Origin: a virus
Taxonomy: Duplodnaviria > Caudoviricetes
IMG/VR virus record: IMGVR_UViG_3300002098_000132
Coordinates: 1 to 26,906 of that record
Direction: 5' to 3' (one strand)
Length of the DNA: 26,906 nucleotides
Below, piece after piece: positions 1 through 9,598 of the stretch. The notes below the pieces were generated by a model, which was not told the origin of the DNA, ran no database searches, and saw only the letters and a list, made by a program, of their open reading frames with translations. Within the stretch, counting starts at the first letter, position 1, and the number at the start of each line of letters is the position of its first letter. The position numbers were made by a program, and so were the translations under genes.

Positions 1-9
1 AGGATAATT

Positions 10-285
10 ATGTCTTATAACTATGGAAGTCCTATTACAGGCACTCTTACTGGAACTACTGCAACTTTGGCTTTGCCAATGCTATCTTTTCCAGCAACTT
101 TGGTTTTAAATTCATCTGCTGCTGGTGGACGCGCAATTCAATTATCTTATGATAATGGCGCAACTTACTTCCCTGCTGTAACTCCTACCTATACAGCAAC
201 AGGTCAAATCGTTTATGTTTTGACCGCCCCAGTTACAACTATCAAATTTACCGGCGCAGCTAACGACACTTACAGTATCATCTAG
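10..285 (+). CDS. hypothetical virion-associated protein (91 aa)
   Basis: AGGA RBS at 1-4; small T/A/G-rich beta-type protein directly upstream of the tail fibre gene. Confidence 0.7.
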   Translation: MSYNYGSPITGTLTGTTATLALPMLSFPATLVLNSSAAGGRAIQLSYDNGATYFPAVTPTYTATGQIVYVLTAPVTTIKFTGAANDTYSII

Positions 286-308
286 TAGTGTTCAGATAGG
301 GTTTTACT

Positions 309-3300
309 ATGACAACGCTACTTTTTGCTAACCAAGCGCAAACGACCCTTGCTGCCCCAGTAAGTAGCACTGCTACGACTATCTATATTGCTAGTGGTAC
401 AGCCTCATACTTTCCAAATCCGGGCGTTGATGAGTCTTTTAAACTTACTTTAATTGACGCTTTAAATAGTCTAATTGAAGAAATTGTTTTAGTTACAGCC
501 GTAAACGGCGATGTTTTGACTGTAATTCGGGGTCAAGAAGGTACAACTCCTAGAGCATGGAAACGTGGAGATTTCGCAGCTAACTTAATGACTGCGGGGA
601 CTGGTAACGATTTTGCCCAAATCTATGATTTAGAAAATACCAAATACAACGCATTTTTCCTTAACGTAGATGCTCAAACTGGTAATATTTACGCTGCGCC
701 AACTCAGGCTACAAGTCTAGTTAATAAGGCGTATGCTGACTCTATTTCACAAGGTACTTCCAAAGCAGAATGCCAATGCGCAACAACAGCGCCAATTACG
801 CTTTCTGGCCTTCAAGTTATTGACCAATACACTACTGTAGCTGGCGATCGCGTTGTTGTTAAAAACCAAAGTAACTCTGCCGAAAATGGTATTTGGGTAG
901 TTTCCACTACGGCTTGGGCTAGAGCAAACGATATGTCTGCTTGGTCACAAGTACCGGGCGCATCTACTTTTGTTCAAAATGGCCATCTTTACGCTAATAC
1001 TGGTTGGAACGTCATTGCACCTAAATTGGGTACGATTGACGTAACCCCTATTGTTTGGACTCAATTTTCCGGTATGGGAACCTATACCGCTGGCGTAGGC
1101 TTAAACCTAATTGGTACACAGTTTAATATCAGCAACACGACTGTTAGCGCTGGTAGTTATGGCGTTGCTAACTCTGTACCAACAATTGTCTTTAATGCTC
1201 AAGGTCAAGCAACTTCAGCTACAAATACGCCAATCAGCATTGCTTCTAGCCAAATTAATTCGGCTATTCCAAACAGCTTATTAGCCCATAGCTCTTTCAC
1301 TATTGGCTCTACTGTTGTTTCCCTTGGCGATACGATTACAACATTAGCTGGGGTATCTATCAGCGGTTCTACCAATACGCTGACAAATATTGGCAACACC
1401 TCTTTAATTAACAGCTCAGTTACTTTTAACGGTGTTAACGTAGCCCTTGGCGGTTCAGGCACAATCACTGCGGTTGCGCCTCATGCCTTAACTATCGGCA
1501 CTGGCTTAGATGGCGGGTCTTATGATGGCTCTGCTGCCGTCACAATTAACTTAGCTAACACTGCGGTTACTGCTGGCGCTTACGGTTCTGCTGGTTCGGT
1601 AGCAACTTTCACTGTAGATGCGCAAGGCCGTTTGACCTTAGCCAATACTGTTTCGATTGCAATCAGCAATACTCAAGTATCTGGCCTTGGCACAATGTCA
1701 ACTCAGAATGCCAATGCAGTAGCGATTACTGGCGGCACAATGAGCGCAGTATCAATCTCATTAGGCAGCATTGATAACACACCTATTGGCGCTACAACTG
1801 CTAATACCCTTCGCGGTACAACGATTACCGCTACAACAGGCTTTACCGGTTCAGGCGCAAATTTAACCAGCATACCTAATGGAGCATTGGTTAACAGCTC
1901 TGTTACCTATAATGGTGTCAATGTTGCTTTAGGCGGGTCAGGCACAATTACTGCAATTAACCCTCATGCGCTGACCATTGGTACAGGCTTGAATGGCGGT
2001 TCGTATGATGGTTCGGCTGCCGTAACGGTAGCTTTAGCAAACACCGCTGTAGTAGCCGGTACTTACGGCACTGATGCCAGAAGCATGACATTGGTTGTTA
2101 ATGCGCAAGGCCAAATCACTTCTTTGATTGACCAGCCAATCAGCATTGCGGCTAGTCAGATTAACACCACAATTCCTAATTCGGGATTGACCAACTCTAC
2201 TATTTCAGGCGTTTCATTAGGCTCTAATTTGTTTAGCCTAACTATTGGAACTGGATTGAATGGCAGCTCATATAACGGCTCAGGCGCGGTCACAATTGCT
2301 TTAGCTAATACAACTGTCACCGCAGGCTCTTACGGCTCTGCAAGCAAGTCTTTAAGCGCTACCGTTGATGCTCAAGGTCGTTTGACTTCGCTATCTGCAC
2401 AAAACATCGCAATTGCTACAGCTCAGATTACTGATGCTGGTCAGCCATTCGGCGCAGCAACTTTGGATGCCAGCGGTACTTTAACCGCCAGTCAAATTCC
2501 TGCGTCATTATTGGGCGCGCTCAAGTATCAAGGTACTTGGAACGCGGCAACCAATACTCCAACGCTGACAAGTTCTGTTGGTACTCAGGGTTACTACTAT
2601 GTAGTAAATGTAGCGGGTACAACGAATTTGAACGGCATCACTGATTGGCAAGTTAATGACTGGGCAATCTTTAACGGCTCTGTATGGCAAAAGATTGACA
2701 ATACTGATTTAGTCACTAGCGTTAACGGGTACACTGGCTCAGTAGTTCTTAGCTATACTGATGTAGGCGCCGCATCTTCAGCGATTACTATTTCGGCTGG
2801 CACTGGTCTATCTGGTGGCGGTAACTTAACAGCTAACCGCACATTAAGCATTGCCAACACCGCTGTTGTTGCCGGTTCTTATGGCACTGCTAGTCAGACT
2901 TTACAAGCTACTGTAAATGCTCAAGGTCAATTGACAGCGCTATCGGCAGTCAGCATTGCTATCGCCAACACTCAAGTGTCTGGCCTTGGCACGATGTCTA
3001 CACAAAACGCCAATGCTGTAGCGATTACCGGCGGCAATATTGATGGCACAGTGCTTGGTGGAACAACGGCGGCTGCGGCTCATGTAACTACATTAAGCGC
3101 GTCAGGATTAGCCAGCTTTGCAGCTTCTACTTCGGGTTATGCGTCTATCAATATCCCGTCAGGCGCAGAGCCAACAGCCCCTATAGCTGGCGATGTTTGG
3201 ACAAAAACTACTGGTCTGTATTACAAAAATACTGCTGGCAATATTGAGCAATTGGATATTGGCGCTAATACGCCGGGCGTTCTTTCTCAGCCAACAATTA

Positions 3301-5012
3301 CCATTACTGGCAGCGGCGCTACTTTTAACGCGTCATCGGTAAATGCTGTATTGTTTTCGCTACCGGGCTGGACTGGCGATTTTAGAACGTATGTAATCCC
3401 TGCTGCTACTGGATTGGCTTTAGTAGACAATTCTGCAAACTATTTAGTGGTTAGCTATAACAGCGGCAGCCCTGTTTATTCTGTAGTGCAAAACGTAGCG
3501 CTGATTGATAACTCTAGTATTGTTGGAGCGACTCTTTTATGGCGTAATGGCACTCAAGTTCATTACCAACCAATTGATTGGGGACGCTCAACTGCATCCC
3601 GTTTAAATCGTCGTTTAGTACAGACTAACCGTTATCAATGGGCATCTGGCCTTGCCTTAGGTGAATCAACAGGCAATGTAATCACTGTAGGAGCTGGCGT
3701 AGTTTGGTATGGGGTAACTCAATATAACGAAACTTTACAAACTTCTGCGTCAAGTAATGCTGATTTTTACTATCATGTTGGTGGTGTATGGAATACGGCA
3801 ACAGTTTCAACTTATAACATCACTCAATACGATGATGGCACAGCTTTACAAACTTTAAACAATGGTAGATACGCAGTAAACTGGGTGTACCGTTATATTG
3901 ATGGCTCTGGTTTACCTAAATTGGCTTATGTACTTGGCGGAGGTAATTACACTCTTGCACAAGCACAAACTTCTTTATCTCCAACTCCGCCTCCAATTTT
4001 GTCAACAATGGCAATTTTGGTTGGTCGAATTATTGTATTAAAGAACGCGGCTACCGCAATCCAAATTGATTCCGCGTTTACTCAAGTATTCACCGGTTCT
4101 ACAGTAACCCTGCACAATGATTTGGGCGGGCTACAAGGCGGTACAGCAAATGAGTTTTTCCATTTAACCAATGCTGAATACACTGGTACTGGTACTGGCA
4201 CTTTTGTTCGCGCCTCTAGCCCTACATTGGTTACGCCTAATCTTGGTACGCCTTCGTCATTAACTTTGACCAACGCTACTGGGCTGCCTAATGCTGGTTT
4301 GCTTAATTCTAGCGTTACCTTTAACGGTGTAGCGGTATCCTTGGGTGGTTCAGGCACGATTACGGCCACCGCTACCAATGCTCTGACCATTGGTACTGGT
4401 TTAACTGGTACGTCCTACAATGGTTCTACAGCGGTTACGATCGCAATTGATTCCACTGTAGCGACTTTAGCTGGCGCGCAAACATTAACCAATAAGTCAA
4501 TCAGCGGCTCTACTAACACGCTGACCAACATACCAAACTCAGCATTGGTTAATAGCTCCATCACGATTGGTTCTAGCTCTGTTTCATTAGGGAATACCCT
4601 AAGTACTTTGGCTGGCGTCAGTATTAGCGGTTCAGCCAATACCATTACTAGCATTGGCAACAGCTCTTTAGTTAACAGCTCAGTAACCATTGGCTCATCT
4701 AGCTTGTCATTGGGCGGCACATTAAGCGCCTTGGCGGGCGTTACAATCAGCGGCGCTACCAACACTTTGACAAACATTGGCAATAGCTCACTGATCAATA
4801 GCTCGATCACAATCAACGGTTCATTAGTAAGCCTTGGTGGATCAGTAACGGTTACTGCTATTGCAACTAACGCATTGACAATTGATGCGTCTGGTGCTGG
4901 TGTTGCGCCCGGATCAACTTATAATGGATCAGCAGCGACTACAATCTCGTACAATACGGTAGGGGCGGATGCTGCCGGAACTGCGGTTGCTTTAGCGATA
5001 GCTCTTGGATAA
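309..5012 (+). CDS. long tail fibre / tail adhesin (1567 aa)
   Basis: N-terminal FANQAQTTL...EIVLVTAVNGDVLTVIRGQEGT anchor typical of tail fibres; CATTAPITLSGLQVID...GDRVVVKNQ and KYQGTWNAATNTPTL...WQKIDNTD segments; many S/T/G/N-rich repeats (AGSYG...VDAQGRLT; NSSVTxNG); ends AVALAIALG. Confidence 0.88.
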   Translation: MTTLLFANQAQTTLAAPVSSTATTIYIASGTASYFPNPGVDESFKLTLIDALNSLIEEIVLVTAVNGDVLTVIRGQEGTTPRAWKRGDFAANLMTAGTGNDFAQIYDLENTKYNAFFLNVDAQTGNIYAAPTQATSLVNKAYADSISQGTSKAECQCATTAPITLSGLQVIDQYTTVAGDRVVVKNQSNSAENGIWVVSTTAWARANDMSAWSQVPGASTFVQNGHLYANTGWNVIAPKLGTIDVTPIVWTQFSGMGTYTAGVGLNLIGTQFNISNTTVSAGSYGVANSVPTIVFNAQGQATSATNTPISIASSQINSAIPNSLLAHSSFTIGSTVVSLGDTITTLAGVSISGSTNTLTNIGNTSLINSSVTFNGVNVALGGSGTITAVAPHALTIGTGLDGGSYDGSAAVTINLANTAVTAGAYGSAGSVATFTVDAQGRLTLANTVSIAISNTQVSGLGTMSTQNANAVAITGGTMSAVSISLGSIDNTPIGATTANTLRGTTITATTGFTGSGANLTSIPNGALVNSSVTYNGVNVALGGSGTITAINPHALTIGTGLNGGSYDGSAAVTVALANTAVVAGTYGTDARSMTLVVNAQGQITSLIDQPISIAASQINTTIPNSGLTNSTISGVSLGSNLFSLTIGTGLNGSSYNGSGAVTIALANTTVTAGSYGSASKSLSATVDAQGRLTSLSAQNIAIATAQITDAGQPFGAATLDASGTLTASQIPASLLGALKYQGTWNAATNTPTLTSSVGTQGYYYVVNVAGTTNLNGITDWQVNDWAIFNGSVWQKIDNTDLVTSVNGYTGSVVLSYTDVGAASSAITISAGTGLSGGGNLTANRTLSIANTAVVAGSYGTASQTLQATVNAQGQLTALSAVSIAIANTQVSGLGTMSTQNANAVAITGGNIDGTVLGGTTAAAAHVTTLSASGLASFAASTSGYASINIPSGAEPTAPIAGDVWTKTTGLYYKNTAGNIEQLDIGANTPGVLSQPTITITGSGATFNASSVNAVLFSLPGWTGDFRTYVIPAATGLALVDNSANYLVVSYNSGSPVYSVVQNVALIDNSSIVGATLLWRNGTQVHYQPIDWGRSTASRLNRRLVQTNRYQWASGLALGESTGNVITVGAGVVWYGVTQYNETLQTSASSNADFYYHVGGVWNTATVSTYNITQYDDGTALQTLNNGRYAVNWVYRYIDGSGLPKLAYVLGGGNYTLAQAQTSLSPTPPPILSTMAILVGRIIVLKNAATAIQIDSAFTQVFTGSTVTLHNDLGGLQGGTANEFFHLTNAEYTGTGTGTFVRASSPTLVTPNLGTPSSLTLTNATGLPNAGLLNSSVTFNGVAVSLGGSGTITATATNALTIGTGLTGTSYNGSTAVTIAIDSTVATLAGAQTLTNKSISGSTNTLTNIPNSALVNSSITIGSSSVSLGNTLSTLAGVSISGSANTITSIGNSSLVNSSVTIGSSSLSLGGTLSALAGVTISGATNTLTNIGNSSLINSSITINGSLVSLGGSVTVTAIATNALTIDASGAGVAPGSTYNGSAATTISYNTVGADAAGTAVALAIALG

Positions 5013-5023
5013 TAGGATAGATA

Positions 5024-5353
5024 ATGTCAACAAACACTTTCACAAGATATGTAGCTAAGAACGTAGGCACTACGCCTGTCGTTCTTGTTACGGCTGGCGC
5101 GGCTACGCAAACAACTGTCATTGGTATGACTTTGGCCAATACCACTACTAGCCCGATCACAGTAAGCGCCTATATTACGGCGTCTGCGGTGAACTACTAT
5201 GTAGTCACAAACGCGACTGTACCGGTTGGCGGTTCTTTGGCATTGTTTGGCGCGGATGGCAAAATCGTACTTAATACCGGCGATGCTTTTACAGTAGTGT
5301 CCAGCGCGGCTACATCGGCTGACGCAATCCTTTCTTGCTTACAGATTAGCTAA
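5024..5353 (+). CDS. small tail-associated structural protein (109 aa)
   Basis: AGGA RBS; beta-rich protein of a type often found right after fibre genes ending in AIALG (recognition from memory). Confidence 0.75.
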   Translation: MSTNTFTRYVAKNVGTTPVVLVTAGAATQTTVIGMTLANTTTSPITVSAYITASAVNYYVVTNATVPVGGSLALFGADGKIVLNTGDAFTVVSSAATSADAILSCLQIS

Positions 5354-5354
5354 T

Positions 5355-6209
5355 ATGAGTTACGTCGGAAACAACCCTACTATTCAGCAATACGCGCCAA
5401 CAATTGCGTATTTTTCTGGTACGGGATCTCAAACCGTATTTACATTGCCGATAAGTGTTGTCAGTGCGGCGCAGATTCTTGTTGTAGTAGGTAACGTACC
5501 GCAAAACCCAGCTTCAGCGTTTAGCGTATCCGGAACAACTTTAACTTTTACTTCTGCACCTGCAAGCGGCACTAATAATATTTGGGTTCAATACACAAGT
5601 TTACAAACAAATACGATTGCTCCTAGTGCGGGAACAGTAGGCCAAGCGCAAATGAACAACCCTACTGGTACAGGCAACCCAGTATTGCAAACTATTCCAA
5701 CGCTGATTAACCCACAAATAACTAGCAATATCCAAATGCTAAGTGCAGATGCAGGGGTTATTTTTAATAAAACAGGCGCTTTAAATAACCAAGTTTTAAA
5801 TGATTATGAGTACGGTTCTTTTACTCCATCTTTTAAGGCAACTGGAGCTTCATTTACATACTCTTACCAATCAGGATATTACGTAAAAGTTGGAAAAATG
5901 GTTACGTGCTTTATGGCTGTATTAGCAAGTGCTACAAGTGGCGCTAGTGGGAGTGGCGCTGCTGTATCAATGGGTAACTTACCTTTTGCTGCTCAAGGCG
6001 GTGCTTTATATTGGATACCAGCTTCTTGCGGTAATTGGGGAACTTTAAACACTAATGTGATGTGGGTTGGCGGCAATGCAAGTAGTGGGACAGATATAAG
6101 CGTATATTGCACAACTGGAATAAATACTTCTGTAAGACAAATGACTGCAAATGATATAGCTAACGCCCCATTTATTACAATGTCTATAACTTATCCGACA
6201 GCTTCTTAG
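5355..6209 (+). CDS. tail fibre accessory / receptor-binding protein (284 aa)
   Basis: N-terminal MSYVGNNP...FSGTGSQTVFTL adapter; C-terminal LNDYEYGSFTP...GYYVKVGKMV beta-sandwich typical of phage fibre tips. Confidence 0.75.
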   Translation: MSYVGNNPTIQQYAPTIAYFSGTGSQTVFTLPISVVSAAQILVVVGNVPQNPASAFSVSGTTLTFTSAPASGTNNIWVQYTSLQTNTIAPSAGTVGQAQMNNPTGTGNPVLQTIPTLINPQITSNIQMLSADAGVIFNKTGALNNQVLNDYEYGSFTPSFKATGASFTYSYQSGYYVKVGKMVTCFMAVLASATSGASGSGAAVSMGNLPFAAQGGALYWIPASCGNWGTLNTNVMWVGGNASSGTDISVYCTTGINTSVRQMTANDIANAPFITMSITYPTAS

Positions 6210-6218
6210 GGAATAAAA

Positions 6219-6419
6219 ATGTCATTAGAAAAACAAATTGTTATTGATAAAATTGAAGTTCTTGAAGGCAATATTATTCAAGTTCGACAGGCTACCCGTA
6301 TCTTAGAAGATAGCAATCCTATTTCAGAAACTTATGAAAGATGGCTTCTTACGCCTAGCGATGATATTTCTGGTCAAGACCCTAAAGTACAAGCTATTGC
6401 AAATGCAATCTGGAAATAG
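6219..6419 (+). CDS. putative tail fibre assembly chaperone/partner (66 aa)
   Basis: AGGAA RBS; DKIEV...IQVR...DPKVQAIANAIW pattern typically follows LxDYExGxxTP-domain genes. Confidence 0.65.
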   Translation: MSLEKQIVIDKIEVLEGNIIQVRQATRILEDSNPISETYERWLLTPSDDISGQDPKVQAIANAIWK

Positions 6420-6422
6420 ATA

Positions 6423-7610
6423 ATGTCCTATATCGGTAATCAACCTACACAAGCAGCTTTCGTAACTGATAGCTTTAGTGGTACTGGCTCTACAACAGTT
6501 TTTACAATGTCTGTTGCTCCAGCCAATACTGCTTCGGTATTAGTTGCAGTTAGCGGTGTATTGCAAGACCCAAGCACTTACTCTGTATCAGGTCTTACTC
6601 TTACTTTCTCTGCTGCGCCTCCAAGTGGTACAGCTAATATTTCATGCCGTTATCTTGGTATACCCGCTTCTGGCGTAACTACAACCGCTTATAGAACAAT
6701 TACAGTATTTACTGCAACTGCTGGGCAAACAACTTTTACCCCTCCTAGTTATACCGCTGGATTTATTAATGTGTTTCGTAATGGCGTTTTACTTACGCCT
6801 ACTTCAGATTACACAGCAACTAATGGCACAACCGTTGTATTAGTATCCGGCGCAACTGCTGGCGATACCATTCAAATTGAATCGTTCTATGTAAGCTCGG
6901 TGTTAAATGCTATTCCTAATACTCCTAACGCTGTAGTTCAATCAAACATTGCACCGCTTTCTCATACTATGACCGTATTAACTAGCGGGTCTGGAACTTA
7001 TACCGTTCCCGCTGGTGTTCGTGCTTTATTGGTTGAAATGGTTGGCGGCGGCGGTGGCGGTCAAGCCTCTAGCTCTGCTGGCGCTCCCAATGGTGGCGGT
7101 AGCGGAACATCGACAACCTTTGGTTTTTCATTTTTAACTTGTGGGGCTGGTAATGGTGGTCAATATGGTGGAGCAGGCGGCGGTACAGGCGGTACATCTT
7201 CTATAGGCGCTGGCGCAACTGGTCTTGCTTTAGCTGGCGGCACAGGCACAACACCGGGTGTTGGAAATGGTACAAGTTTAGTGCCATATTTAACCGGCGG
7301 CGCTGGCGGCACAAACCCTTTTGGTGGCAGCGGTGGTGGTTCTTGGGGAACTGCTCCGGGGGTTACTGGCGCAGCTAATACTGGAGCAGGTGGTGGTGGT
7401 GCTGGTTCAAACTCTACAGCAGTTACTGGTGTTATTGCTGGCGCTGGCGGCGGCGCTGGCGGATACATTAAAGCACTTATCGCAAGCCCAGCCGCGTCTT
7501 ATTCTTATTCTATTGGCACTGGCGGCGCTGGTGGCACTGCTGGAACCAATGGTTTTAATGGCGGCGCTGGCGGTTCTGGGTTAATAATGATTACTGAGTA
7601 CTATATATGA
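6423..7610 (+). CDS. glycine-rich tail protein (395 aa)
   Basis: Same MSY(I/V)GN adapter as 5355; C-terminal TSGSGTYTVPAGV...VGGGGGG...GGSGLIMITEY glycine-rich domain. Confidence 0.8.
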   Translation: MSYIGNQPTQAAFVTDSFSGTGSTTVFTMSVAPANTASVLVAVSGVLQDPSTYSVSGLTLTFSAAPPSGTANISCRYLGIPASGVTTTAYRTITVFTATAGQTTFTPPSYTAGFINVFRNGVLLTPTSDYTATNGTTVVLVSGATAGDTIQIESFYVSSVLNAIPNTPNAVVQSNIAPLSHTMTVLTSGSGTYTVPAGVRALLVEMVGGGGGGQASSSAGAPNGGGSGTSTTFGFSFLTCGAGNGGQYGGAGGGTGGTSSIGAGATGLALAGGTGTTPGVGNGTSLVPYLTGGAGGTNPFGGSGGGSWGTAPGVTGAANTGAGGGGAGSNSTAVTGVIAGAGGGAGGYIKALIASPAASYSYSIGTGGAGGTAGTNGFNGGAGGSGLIMITEYYI

Positions 7611-8041
7611 CAACAGCAAACACTCTTGCAACTTTAGGTAACGCACCTTCTTTCAGTTATTACCAAAGTGTTGCTCAAGCAGTAACATCTTCACCAACAA
7701 AAATTACTTTTACTTCTAGTGAATGGGATACTACTGGCGGTATGTTTGCTTCTAGTAGGTTTACGCCTACTGTTGCTGGGTATTATCAAATTAATGCTTG
7801 CGTAGCGGTGCAAACAACTGCTACTAGTTTGCATATTGGGGTTTATAAAAATGGTTCTTTATATAAATGGAGTGGGCAACAATCCAATTCTACTAGATAC
7901 GCTGAAAACACTAGCGTTTTGATATATTGCAATGGCTCAACAGATTACGTTGAAATTTATGCAACTTTTAATGACGCACAAAATACACAAGCATTTCAAA
8001 CATCTTGTTATTTTCAAGGTTGTTTAGTAAGGGGGGCATAA
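7607..8041 (+). CDS. C1q/TNF-like beta-sandwich tail protein (144 aa)
   Basis: FSYYQSVAQ...KITF...SSRFTPTVAGYYQINA...NGSTDYVEIYA...FQGCLV pattern of C1q-like domains; ATGA overlap with upstream gene. Confidence 0.7.
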   Translation: MTTANTLATLGNAPSFSYYQSVAQAVTSSPTKITFTSSEWDTTGGMFASSRFTPTVAGYYQINACVAVQTTATSLHIGVYKNGSLYKWSGQQSNSTRYAENTSVLIYCNGSTDYVEIYATFNDAQNTQAFQTSCYFQGCLVRGA

Positions 8042-8724
8042 TGGCACTAACTAAAGTTCAAGGTGGCATGATTACTTCTGCCCCAGCAGTCACAGTTTAC
8101 ACATCTGGCAGCGGTACTTACACAGTGCCAGCAAACTGCTCATATCTTTATGTTCGCATGATTGGCGGCGGCGGCGGTGGCGGGGGTTCTGGTAATAGCG
8201 GTACTGCTGGTACAGGCGGCACAGGCGGCACAACTACTTTTGGAACTTCACTATTAACTGCTACTGGCGGTGGCGGTGGAAGTGTTAATCCACAAGGCGG
8301 TGGAACAGGAACAATTAATTCACCAGCTTCAGGTCTTGGCGTTACGGGCGCCGCTGGTGGTCAAGGTGCTTTATACGCCGTAGGCAGTAGCGGTACAGGT
8401 ATTTATGCTATTGGTGGCACTGGTGCTGCTTCACCTTTTAGTGGTGGTGGCGGCGCTACTTTTGGCAACGGAAACCCTAGTAGCGGAACAGCTAATAGCG
8501 GCGCTGGTGGTGGCGGTGGAGCGTACAATCCTAATGCTACCAATCAATATTCAGGATGTGGCGGTGCTGCTGGCGGGTACATTGAAGCGTATATTTCTGG
8601 AACTCTTGCAGCAACATATTCTTATGCTGTTGGTGCTGGTGGTACAGCCGGTACTGCTGGTACTAACGGATATGCTGGCGCTGCTGGCGGATCTGGCGTA
8701 ATTATTATCACTGCCTTCTTTTAA
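8041..8724 (+). CDS. glycine-rich tail protein, paralog of the 6423 C-terminal domain (227 aa)
   Basis: Start moved from 8005 to ATG 8041 (AAGGGGGG RBS, TAATG overlap); TSGSGTYTVP...GGGGGG...GGSGVIIITAF. Confidence 0.8.
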   Translation: MALTKVQGGMITSAPAVTVYTSGSGTYTVPANCSYLYVRMIGGGGGGGGSGNSGTAGTGGTGGTTTFGTSLLTATGGGGGSVNPQGGGTGTINSPASGLGVTGAAGGQGALYAVGSSGTGIYAIGGTGAASPFSGGGGATFGNGNPSSGTANSGAGGGGGAYNPNATNQYSGCGGAAGGYIEAYISGTLAATYSYAVGAGGTAGTAGTNGYAGAAGGSGVIIITAFF

Positions 8725-8771
8725 TTGATATACTTGAGTCTGGCAATGATGCCCAACTTTTTAAAGGAAAT

Positions 8772-8966
8772 ATGATGCACCCAATTACTTTATCGTCTAA
8801 TTTGATTCTTCAAGTGATCCAATATTTGGAAACGCGCCCAGCTAAAGAAGTTTTTGTAATGCTAACAAATCTTGGCCAAGTAGTTTCCCCACAATTTCAA
8901 GCTATTCAAGAGCAAATGAATGCTGCTAACACCGAGGCTCCAGTCGAACCACCAGCAGCCGCATAA
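8772..8966 (+). CDS. hypothetical protein (64 aa)
   Basis: AAGGA RBS upstream; fills the gap between tail and lysis genes. Confidence 0.7.
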   Translation: MMHPITLSSNLILQVIQYLETRPAKEVFVMLTNLGQVVSPQFQAIQEQMNAANTEAPVEPPAAA

Positions 8967-8976
8967 GGAGCGCAGC

Positions 8977-9228
8977 ATGGATCAGTCTTTTTTAAACTGG
9001 GTATTTGGTCTAATTAACATCGGTTTTGGCATTTTAGGCAAAATTATGTGGGACTCATATAAAGACTTAAAAAAGACTGACAAAGAACTTGCTGAAAAAG
9101 TAGGCAATATTGAAGTATTAGTAGCTGGTCAATATGTGAAGCGTGAAGATTTCCAAACTGTTACGAATCAGATATTTGCCAAGTTAGACAAGATCCTCGA
9201 TAAACTTGACCAAAAGGTAGATAAATAA
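8977..9228 (+). CDS. single-TM coiled-coil membrane protein, holin/antiholin-like (83 aa)
   Basis: Start moved to ATG 8977 (AAGGAG RBS); hydrophobic FLNWVFGLINIGFGILG followed by a charged coiled coil; first gene of the lysis cassette. Confidence 0.65.
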   Translation: MDQSFLNWVFGLINIGFGILGKIMWDSYKDLKKTDKELAEKVGNIEVLVAGQYVKREDFQTVTNQIFAKLDKILDKLDQKVDK

Positions 9229-9419
9229 TGCTAAAGCGAATTGCAGCACTTCTAACCCGCAAACCAGTTGAGCCGGTATTGGCGCCTGTTCAAGAAGTTT
9301 TACCTGAGTTTCCCTTAAAACGTAAACCACAGGTCAAAAAAGCCACAACGCGTAAGCCAGCAGTCAAAAAGGTTGTAGTTAAAAAAGCTGTTGTTAAAAA
9401 GACAATAAAGAAAAAATGA
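9228..9419 (+). CDS. lysine-rich basic small protein (63 aa)
   Basis: Overlaps both neighbours (TAATG, ATGA); C-terminal KKATTRKPAVKKVVVKKAVVKKTIKKK. Confidence 0.65.
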   Translation: MLKRIAALLTRKPVEPVLAPVQEVLPEFPLKRKPQVKKATTRKPAVKKVVVKKAVVKKTIKKK

Positions 9420-9598
9420 AAGCCCATCGCTCCAAAACAATGTGGTTTAGTTTAGCCCTTGTTGTTTTTGGCGCGCTATTTGATAACTTTTCTTATGTTC
9501 AAAACCTTATCGACCCTCGATATTATGGTGTTTGCCTTATTGCTATTGGCGTTATTGTTGCTGTATTGCGCTTTATAACTAACAAGCCAATTGAATGA
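9416..9598 (+). CDS. putative holin, 2 TM (60 aa)
   Basis: Two hydrophobic segments, basic N-terminus (MKAHRSKTMW), directly upstream of the spanin and endolysin genes. Confidence 0.7.
   Translation: MKAHRSKTMWFSLALVVFGALFDNFSYVQNLIDPRYYGVCLIAIGVIVAVLRFITNKPIE

Noticed and set aside
1205-5160. Minus-strand ORFs 1205-1468, 2508-2690, 4082-4390, 4415-4816 and 4939-5160
   Set aside because: Antisense shadows of the repetitive tail genes; no RBS or recognisable motifs.
7160-8701. Pro-rich antisense ORF 7160-7468 and hydrophobic +1-frame ORFs 7321-7584 and 8405-8701
   Set aside because: By-products of GGT/GGC/GCT codon runs in the glycine-rich genes; they mimic membrane proteins but have no initiation signals.
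309-8724. Possible diversity-generating retroelement acting on tail genes
   Set aside because: No reverse transcriptase in the window and no template/variable repeat pair differing only at adenines; the internal repeats differ mainly at synonymous sites.
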